A stretch of 5,616 nucleotides of DNA from a virus (taxonomy: Duplodnaviria; Heunggongvirae; Uroviricota; Caudoviricetes): the IMG/VR virus record IMGVR_UViG_2778261085_000003, positions 1-5,616 of that record, one strand, 5' to 3'. A program made the translations under genes and the position numbers. Position 1 is the stretch's first letter. Each line of letters begins with the position of its first letter. Below are positions 1 through 4,546 of this stretch, one piece after another. The notes below the pieces were generated by a model. It did no database searches and was not told where the DNA came from. It saw only the letters and a program-made list of their open reading frames with translations.

Positions 1-324
1 GGGATGCTTTAAATCACAGGAATTAATGTTGCACTCAGTAAAATGGTTTTTAAGGGGTTCTATTCGAATCCCTTTCTGTTTCATTAACAAGCCAAATCCC
101 TTATCAATGATATCCATTAATTCCATGAAGTATTTTTCATGTAAATCCTGGTTATCAGAGAGTTGCTTCTCTTCGTACAGCCCGATAAAGGCACGACGCA
201 CGTTACCGGATATAGTATCGATGGTTTCTTTTTCTACGGTACTCAGGTCAAGAGTCGCCAGTTGAGAACGAACTATATTCGCTGCCATTTCCTGGAATGG
301 TTTTGGTAAATCTTTAAATTCCAT
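1..324 (-). CDS. Hypothetical protein, partial (N-terminal 108 codons visible; continues beyond left edge)
   Basis: ATG at 324-322 (minus) preceded by GAGG about 6 nt upstream (plus 331-334 region); frame is open on the minus strand all the way to position 1 (no stop, checked triplet by triplet). Translation begins MEFKDLPKPFQEMAANIVRSQLATLDLSTVEKETIDTISGNVRRAFIGLYEEKQLSDNQDLHEKYFMELMDIIDKGF. Not in the supplied ORF track because it has no stop inside the window. Region is AT-rich (41 G+C in the first 120 nt by hand count). Function not recognised. Confidence 0.5.
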   Translation of the reverse strand, partial: MEFKDLPKPFQEMAANIVRSQLATLDLSTVEKETIDTISGNVRRAFIGLYEEKQLSDNQDLHEKYFMELMDIIDKGFGLLMKQKGIRIEPLKNHFTECNINSCDLKHP

Positions 325-346
325 TATTAGCCTCGTTGGTTAGCTA

Positions 347-565
347 TTAACGTGGGTATGTAATCATTCTGGCAATGCTTAATGCCGCTGCTTTTTCCAG
401 CCTGGTGATATCCTGCTCCAGAGCGGACAGATTTTCAGCCTGCTTAGCCCTGGCTTCATTGGCCCATTTCAAATCCTGCGCTGCATTAATTTTCTGGCGC
501 ATCCACTCATAAAGTTCATCATCGGTATAGTCTGGCGCGATGATGACGGGTTCTCGTTTCTGCAT
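347..565 (-). CDS. ydfC: YdfC-like small prophage protein (72 aa)
   Basis: ORF in track; ATG at 565-563 preceded by GAGGAA about 7 nt upstream; length and position (third small gene downstream of the dicA-like gene, same strand) match the ydfA-ydfB-ydfC arrangement of the Qin prophage as I recall it. Identity is from recalled gene order and length, not from a verified alignment. Confidence 0.7.
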   Translation of the reverse strand: MQKREPVIIAPDYTDDELYEWMRQKINAAQDLKWANEARAKQAENLSALEQDITRLEKAAALSIARMITYPR

Positions 566-594
566 ACTGATTCCTCGCGGTGCTGTTTCGCTTA

Positions 595-723
595 TCAGCC
601 GTTAGATTTTGCCGAACTGGAAAGCGCCTGTTTAAATTCGCTGAAGCTGAGAGCTTCAGCGCCTTCGGCAAGGCTTTCGAAGTATTCTTCGTAAGACTTT
701 TCCATGATTGTGTCGAAATCCAT
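595..723 (-). CDS. ydfB: YdfB-like small prophage protein (42 aa)
   Basis: Not in the ORF track (too short). Minus-strand ATG at 723-721 preceded by AGGTGA; hand translation gives MDFDTIMEKSYEEYFESLAEGAEALSFSEFKQALSSSAKSNG then TGA at 597-595. Acidic, protein-like composition; 42 aa matches the recalled length of YdfB; sits between the ydfA-like and ydfC-like genes. Confidence 0.6.
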   Translation of the reverse strand: MDFDTIMEKSYEEYFESLAEGAEALSFSEFKQALSSSAKSNG

Positions 724-724
724 A

Positions 725-880
725 TCACTCACCTGAGTTTCTTTCCAGCCAGCGACGCGCGCCAGTTTCGGTTTTAAACGTTTTGCTTTTGGTATACGTC
801 ATCGCGGTGAACGTTCCGTCATGGTTGGGAAACACGCCGTATACCAGATATTCGTTGTTACCAAGATCGATAGTATCCAT
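725..880 (-). CDS. ydfA: YdfA-like small prophage protein (51 aa, DUF1391-like)
   Basis: Track ORF 725..934 starts at a GTG; the internal ATG at 880-878 has a better ribosome-binding site (GAGG about 5 nt upstream within AAGGGGAAATGAGGTCAGC) and gives MDTIDLGNNEYLVYGVFPNHDGTFTAMTYTKSKTFKTETGARRWLERNSGE, 51 aa, the recalled length of YdfA. Stop TGA at 727-725 lies 1 nt from the ydfB-like ATG. Confidence 0.65.
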   Translation of the reverse strand: MDTIDLGNNEYLVYGVFPNHDGTFTAMTYTKSKTFKTETGARRWLERNSGE

Positions 881-957
881 GCTGACCTCATTTCCCCTTA
901 ACGCCGGGGCAGCGGAACTGTTTGCTGAGAACACCGTGCGGTGTCTTGATGTAAAGT

Positions 958-986
958 AGATTAGTCATAGCTAACGGCTTGGTCAA
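958..986 (-). promoter_or_regulatory. Candidate sigma70 promoter for the ydfA/ydfB/ydfC-like operon (dicB-operon promoter equivalent)
   Basis: On the minus strand: TTGACC (plus 981-986), 17-nt spacer, TAATCT (plus 958-963). An operator-like palindrome overlaps the spacer and -10; a second lies just upstream of -35. Predicted by eye only. Confidence 0.4.
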
Positions 987-1009
987 GTGTTTTTGTTTGT
1001 CATGGCTAA
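961..1009. promoter_or_regulatory. Pair of operator-like 14-bp palindromic sites (putative DicA-like repressor binding sites)
   Basis: TTAGTCATAGCTAA at 961-974 and TTTGTCATGGCTAA at 996-1009 share the half-site pattern TT(A/T)G(C/T)-N4-(G/A)CTAA with the two sites in the dicA/dicC intergenic region. Confidence 0.45.
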
Positions 1010-1026
1010 CATTTTTGACAGAAAAA

Positions 1027-1054
1027 AAGATAACACATTGATTGTGTTATCTTT
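1027..1054 (-). terminator. Inverted repeat overlapping the dicA-like stop codon; candidate intrinsic terminator for the repressor transcript
   Basis: AAAGATAACACA (1027-1037) / TTGAT loop / TGTGTTATCTTT (1043-1054) is a perfect 12-bp inverted repeat; on the minus strand it is followed by a run of seven T (plus 1021-1027 is a run of A). Stem is AT-rich, so terminator strength is uncertain; it could instead be a protein-binding palindrome. Confidence 0.35.
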
Positions 1055-1454
1055 TGTTTGTTCGTTGACGGGCTTTTAATAATTCTTCAAAGAGTTTGTT
1101 GAAATTTTTTACTCGGGCGCGCATCTCGGTGAGCTGAGCGTCCTGTTCTGATTCAGGCAATGCATTAAAAAGTTCAAGGAGCTCGTGTTCTTTGGGGGAT
1201 AAAGCAACTGGATCCTCAATAGGTGGTGATGGCTGCTTGTCTTCATCGCCAAATAGAATCCATGTTGGCGAGCACTGCAGTACATTGCTAAGTGCAAAAA
1301 GATTCTTCCCTGTTGGTTCGCTATCATCCCGTTCCCATTGTGAAACCGACACATGAGAAATTTTCAGGGCTTTAGCAAGAGACCTTTGGGTGTATTTGAG
1401 GTTTTTTCGGCGATATCTAATGCGTTCGCCAATGGTTAAATTTTTTGTATCCAT
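1047..1454 (-). CDS. dicA: DicA-like repressor (CI-type, XRE-family helix-turn-helix), 135 aa
   Basis: ORF in track; N-terminal helix-turn-helix segment (QRSLAKALKISHVSVSQWERDDSEPTGKNLFALSNVL); length and sequence closely match my recollection of E. coli Qin prophage DicA; divergent from a Cro-like gene across a short operator-bearing intergenic region. Confidence 0.9.
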   Translation of the reverse strand: MDTKNLTIGERIRYRRKNLKYTQRSLAKALKISHVSVSQWERDDSEPTGKNLFALSNVLQCSPTWILFGDEDKQPSPPIEDPVALSPKEHELLELFNALPESEQDAQLTEMRARVKNFNKLFEELLKARQRTNKR

Positions 1455-1536
1455 AGTTAGCCAATGCTAAATCTTATTGACTATGTTTTTGTTAACATCT
1501 ATTTTGTTAGTCATGACTAACAATTGGGTGCTTTAA
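1455..1536. promoter_or_regulatory. Divergent promoter/operator region between the repressor and Cro-like genes
   Basis: Two 14-bp palindromes: TTAGCCAATGCTAA (1457-1470, imperfect) and TTAGTCATGACTAA (1507-1520, perfect). Plus-strand candidate promoter for the Cro-like gene: TTGACT (1477-1482), 17-nt spacer, TATTTT (1500-1505), so the predicted start site falls inside the second palindrome. Minus-strand candidate -10 TAAGAT (plus 1471-1476) with a weak -35 would give the repressor a very short leader. Confidence 0.55.
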
Positions 1537-1767
1537 ATGCTTAAAACAGACGCGCTTTTGTATTTCGGTTCAAAAACAAAACTTGCACAAGCTGCTGGTA
1601 TTCGTTTGGCTTCGCTTTATAGCTGGAAAGGGGATCTAGTTCCTGAAGGTCGCGCGATGCGCCTGCAAGAGGCATCCGGCGGGGAACTTCAGTACGACCC
1701 CAAAGTTTATGACGAATATCGTAAGGCAAAGCGTGCGGGGCGGTTGAACAATGAAAATCACCCCTGA
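1537..1767 (+). CDS. dicC: DicC-like Cro-type regulator, 76 aa
   Basis: ORF in track; first gene divergent from the repressor; helix-turn-helix-like segment (GSKTKLAQAAGIRLASLYSWKG); length and sequence match my recollection of Qin DicC. Confidence 0.85.
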   Translation: MLKTDALLYFGSKTKLAQAAGIRLASLYSWKGDLVPEGRAMRLQEASGGELQYDPKVYDEYRKAKRAGRLNNENHP

Positions 1768-2284
1768 ACAGGTTTGTGAGGCTCTGGATGCCTGGGTATG
1801 CCGACCAGGAATGACACAGGAGCAGGCGACGATATTAATCACGGAAGCATTCTGGGCTCTGAAAGAACGCCCGAACATCGATGTTCAACGCGTCACGTTT
1901 GATGATGGCGCGGTTGATCAACGGGCACTGGGCGTTAACCGGGTGAAGATATTCGAACGCTGGAAAGCTATCGACACCAGGGATAAGCGGGAAAAATTCA
2001 CGGCGCTGATTCCGGCAATTATGGAGGCTATCCGGATCAGTGATTTCAGGTTGTATTGTGAAATTACTGACGGAAAAAGCATTACGTACATGATCTCCGG
2101 GTTAAACAAAGAATATGGCGATGTGGTGGAGTCCGGGCTGCTTTTTGCGGATCCAGCTGTTGTGGAACGTGAGACTGACGAGCTTATAGAAAAAGCTATT
2201 GCTTTCAAGCATGCGTATCGTCAGCAATACCAACATTACTTTGCAGATAAACAAATATCTTCCTGGGGTTCGTATGAGTATTGA
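1751..2284 (+). CDS. YdaT-family protein, 177 aa
   Basis: ORF in track; starts 17 nt before the DicC-like stop; the N-terminal MKI... and the segment REKFTALIPAIMEAIRISDFRLYCEITD resemble Rac prophage YdaT (REK..LIPAI..R..C motif) as I recall it; the position after the Cro-like gene is typical of this family. Confidence 0.7.
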   Translation: MKITPEQVCEALDAWVCRPGMTQEQATILITEAFWALKERPNIDVQRVTFDDGAVDQRALGVNRVKIFERWKAIDTRDKREKFTALIPAIMEAIRISDFRLYCEITDGKSITYMISGLNKEYGDVVESGLLFADPAVVERETDELIEKAIAFKHAYRQQYQHYFADKQISSWGSYEY

Positions 2285-3314
2285 TGCACTGCAATGGGCT
2301 AAAAAGGTGAAAACCGGCAGTTCATCAAGTAAGTCAGTATTGACCTGGCTTGCTGATATGTGCGGTGCCGATTTGTGTGCATACCCGTCAGTATCTGCAC
2401 TGGCTGAAGTAACTGAACTGAACAAAAAGACTGTTCAGGACAGCTTACGACACCTGATGGAGATTGGGTTAATTGTTGATACCGGTGAGAGAAAAGGCCG
2501 AACAAAGCAAATCGTGGTGTACCGACTTATCGGTGTAGAAGAAAGTGTTGCCGAGCCTGAATACACCCAAAAACGGGAGTCTTTAAAGGTGGGTAAAATT
2601 GGTGCTGTTAATAAAAACAGTACCGAAAACGGTTATGTTTCAGCACAAAACAGACCCAAAAACGGAACTCTTTTCTGCATGGAAAATAACCAAAGACACC
2701 CAAATTTTCCATCAAAGACACCCAAAAACGGATCACGGAACCCAAAGGAACCAAAAGATCTAAACCCCACACATAACGCACGTGAGAGTGCTCCGACCAG
2801 TGAGCTGGAGGTTTTGTCGTTACAGGCAACGCCCCCTGAATTCCTGGATGGCTTGAGCGAACCTATCGGAAAATTTCCGATGACCAATGGTTGGCATCCG
2901 TCGCCTGATTTTCGACGGCGGGCTGCACTGTGGGGAGTTGCTCTGCTGGAGCCGGAATTTACACCTGCTGAACTTGTCGCATTCCGGGATTACTGGAGTG
3001 ATGAGGGAAAAGTGTTCACGCAGGTTCAGTGGGAGCAGAAATTCGCCCGCCACGTAAATCACGTCAGGGCGCAGGTTAAACCAGTCAGCAAGGGAGTAAA
3101 CCATGCAGCAGCACCAGGTGGCACCGAATCACGGGCAGTTCAGGAAATTCGGGCAGCACGTGAGAAGTGGGAACGTGAAAACAGATTTATCAGCGACGGA
3201 AACGGCCTGGAAGCTGTGGGAACTCATGGGGGAGATTTATTCGAATCGCTGGACCCAGAAGAACGGTGCCGCGCCTACGAAGCTCTGGATTGCACAGATT
3301 GGCGCGATGACTGA
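2274..3314 (+). CDS. Phage replication initiation protein: N-terminal helix-turn-helix DNA-binding domain plus DnaT C-terminal-like domain
   Basis: Track ORF begins at 2199; I prefer the in-frame ATG at 2274, which overlaps the upstream stop (ATGAGTATTGA, stop at 2282-2284). N-terminus (SVLTWLADMCGADLCAYPSVSALAEVTELNKKTVQDSLRHLMEIGLI) looks like a winged helix-turn-helix of phage initiators. The C-terminal segment GKFPMTNGWHPSPDFRRRAALWGVALLEPEFTPAELVAFRDYWSDEGKVFTQVQWEQKFARHV resembles the C-terminal region of E. coli DnaT (..RLAALWGVAL..YW..EGKVF..VQW..) from memory. The 3' end is uncertain because of overlap with the next gene. Confidence 0.8.
   Translation: MSIDALQWAKKVKTGSSSSKSVLTWLADMCGADLCAYPSVSALAEVTELNKKTVQDSLRHLMEIGLIVDTGERKGRTKQIVVYRLIGVEESVAEPEYTQKRESLKVGKIGAVNKNSTENGYVSAQNRPKNGTLFCMENNQRHPNFPSKTPKNGSRNPKEPKDLNPTHNARESAPTSELEVLSLQATPPEFLDGLSEPIGKFPMTNGWHPSPDFRRRAALWGVALLEPEFTPAELVAFRDYWSDEGKVFTQVQWEQKFARHVNHVRAQVKPVSKGVNHAAAPGGTESRAVQEIRAAREKWERENRFISDGNGLEAVGTHGGDLFESLDPEERCRAYEALDCTDWRDD
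2563..2757. repeat. Iteron-like direct repeats inside the initiator gene (candidate replication origin)
   Basis: Exact ACCCAAAAACGG at 2565-2576, 2654-2665 and 2720-2731; variant ACCGAAAACGG at 2622-2632; CAAAGACACCCAAA at 2691-2704 and 2712-2725; GGAACC(C)AAAG doublet at 2737-2757; all in the same orientation, next to an A+T-rich stretch (about 2585-2620). Confidence 0.5.
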
Positions 3315-3768
3315 GCAGCAAATCCGGCAGGTCTGCCGCCAGTGCATGGACCGCTGCCGGGCGGGTGAAACATGGCCTCCTGACCTTGCTGAGTTTGTGG
3401 CGCTGATTTCAGAAAGCGGAGCCAATCCATTCGGTCTGACAGTGGATGCCGTGATGGAGGAGTACCGTCGCTGGCGCAATGAGTCTTGGCGATACGACGG
3501 AAGCGATAAATATCCGTGGTCTCAGCCTGTGCTGTATCACATTTGCCTCGAGATGCGTTCAAAGGGGATTGAGAGCCAGATGACCGAAGGGGAGTTAAAA
3601 CGACTTGCAGAACGGCAGCTGACGAAATGGGCAAAGCATGTTGGTAATGGACTGAGCGTTCCGCCAGTCCGGCGACAACTGGCGGCCCCCAAACGCCCGT
3701 CGGGACCAACGCCAATTGAGTTGCTGAAACAGGAGTATGAACGCCGGAAAGCAGCTGGGTTTGTTTGA
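3103..3768 (+). CDS. Lambda P-like replication protein (helicase loader), 221 aa if started at 3103
   Basis: ORF in track; the ATG at 3103 has a strong ribosome-binding site (AAGGGAG about 6 nt upstream). Recalled lambda P aligns over the body (PDLAEFVAL vs PGQFVAW; YPWSQPVLYHICLEM vs YPWKSNAHYWLVTNL; MTEGELKRLAERQL vs LTDAELRRKAADEL) and weakly from about residue 60 (KLWIAQIGAMTEQQ vs RQWVLAFRENGITTMEQ). Alternative starts are ATG 3226 and ATG 3307 (ATGACTGA overlap with the upstream stop). Confidence 0.7.
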   Translation: MQQHQVAPNHGQFRKFGQHVRSGNVKTDLSATETAWKLWELMGEIYSNRWTQKNGAAPTKLWIAQIGAMTEQQIRQVCRQCMDRCRAGETWPPDLAEFVALISESGANPFGLTVDAVMEEYRRWRNESWRYDGSDKYPWSQPVLYHICLEMRSKGIESQMTEGELKRLAERQLTKWAKHVGNGLSVPPVRRQLAAPKRPSGPTPIELLKQEYERRKAAGFV

Positions 3769-3801
3769 GTTGATAAGTAAGTTTACCGGGAGGAAATTTT
3801 A

Positions 3802-4530
3802 ATGGAGACCGTTTTTGACGCACTGAAAGCAATGGGAAAAGCCTCTTCCCAGGGAGTGGCTGCACGTCTTGGAATGACCAGGGATGAGGCGATTAACGAG
3901 CTGTGGAAACTGAAGCGTCGCGGGGAAGCTGATAACAATGGTCCGATGTGGTGGCTGATTCAGTCCGGAGAAAGCGAATCACATTCACAGGTACCGAAAG
4001 TGACAGCGCAAATGCTGATTGGTGCGATAGAGCAACATGGTCCTAAAACGGCGGATGAGCTGGCATTGATGTTCAGAATCACTTCCCGTCGGGCGAATTC
4101 ATCACTGGTAATGGCAATCAGCAAAGGACGCCTGATTCGCGTAAATCAGAACGGTAAATTTCGTTATTGTATACCTGATGAAAAAATTAACGATATGAGT
4201 GCGGAAAGCACCATGCTGGTGCAAGTAGGTTCGGACACCGACAAAAACGAAAAGCAGAGTGATCGCAATCGTTTTTTGCCAGCCAAAGAGCATGGTCAGA
4301 GAGAAGATACTGTGGCAGACATTGTGCAGCCGCTGCCATCGTTCACCGAAAAGCGAATGAATTACCAGGTTTTACCATCGCTGCATATGGCAAACCGCGA
4401 ACTGCGCCGGGCGAAAAGTCATGTCCAGAAGTGGGAGCGTGTCTGCGCCGTGCTGCGGGAGCTGAACAGGCACCGGGATATTGTCCGACAGATTGTCGAT
4501 TCCTCCAGTCGTATTGTGTCGGAAAAGTGA
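3802..4530 (+). CDS. Hypothetical prophage protein, 242 aa, with two winged-helix-like segments and a basic helical C-terminus
   Basis: ORF in track; strong ribosome-binding site (GGGAGG about 9 nt upstream); protein-like composition. Possibly a DUF1627-type prophage protein, but that assignment is from memory and not verified. Confidence 0.8.
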   Translation: METVFDALKAMGKASSQGVAARLGMTRDEAINELWKLKRRGEADNNGPMWWLIQSGESESHSQVPKVTAQMLIGAIEQHGPKTADELALMFRITSRRANSSLVMAISKGRLIRVNQNGKFRYCIPDEKINDMSAESTMLVQVGSDTDKNEKQSDRNRFLPAKEHGQREDTVADIVQPLPSFTEKRMNYQVLPSLHMANRELRRAKSHVQKWERVCAVLRELNRHRDIVRQIVDSSSRIVSEK

Positions 4531-4546
4531 TTCCTAGGGAGGGCTT

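Noticed and set aside
26-265. Plus-strand ORF of 79 aa from the track
   Set aside because: Cys/Ser/Phe-rich sequence that is not protein-like, and entirely antisense to the better-supported minus-strand gene 1..324, which has a ribosome-binding site and an uninterrupted frame.
325-346. DicF-like small RNA between the ydfC-like gene and the next gene
   Set aside because: Only 22 nt separate the two coding regions, too short for a DicF-sized RNA; nothing resembling an RNA gene with its own terminator is present.
326-346. Two direct copies of TTAGC (327-331, 340-344) that resemble the operator half-site
   Set aside because: They are direct rather than inverted and do not form the 14-bp TTAG-N4-CTAA palindrome; probably coincidental within the ribosome-binding region of the left-edge gene.
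519-777. Track ORFs 519..728 (-) and 580..777 (+)
   Set aside because: Both have implausible composition (basic, low complexity) and straddle the ydfB-like and ydfA-like genes; the real coding is the short minus-strand frames at 595..723 and 725..880.
708-959. Plus-strand ORF of 83 aa from the track
   Set aside because: Antisense to the ydfA-like gene and running into the promoter/operator region; no ribosome-binding site; composition not protein-like.
1109-1354. Minus-strand 81-aa ORF inside the dicA-like gene in another frame
   Set aside because: Nested within a confidently identified repressor gene; His/Cys-rich, not protein-like.
1541-1878. Minus-strand ORFs 1541..1729 and 1636..1878
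   Set aside because: Antisense to the DicC-like and YdaT-like genes; no start signals; odd composition.
1918-2505. Minus-strand ORFs 1918..2208, 2102..2425 and 2299..2505
   Set aside because: Antisense to the YdaT-like and initiator genes; Ser-rich or low-complexity; no supporting signals.
2608-3104. Minus-strand ORFs 2608..2829, 2633..2887 and 2820..3104
   Set aside because: Antisense to the initiator gene, including the repeat-bearing linker; the Phe/Gly-rich translations are the complement of the iteron-like repeats.
3237-3865. Minus-strand ORFs 3237..3479 and 3275..3865 (196 aa)
   Set aside because: Antisense to the GC-rich P-like gene; long open frames are expected by chance on the complement of GC-rich coding DNA; Pro/Ser/Arg-rich with no recognisable domain or ribosome-binding site.
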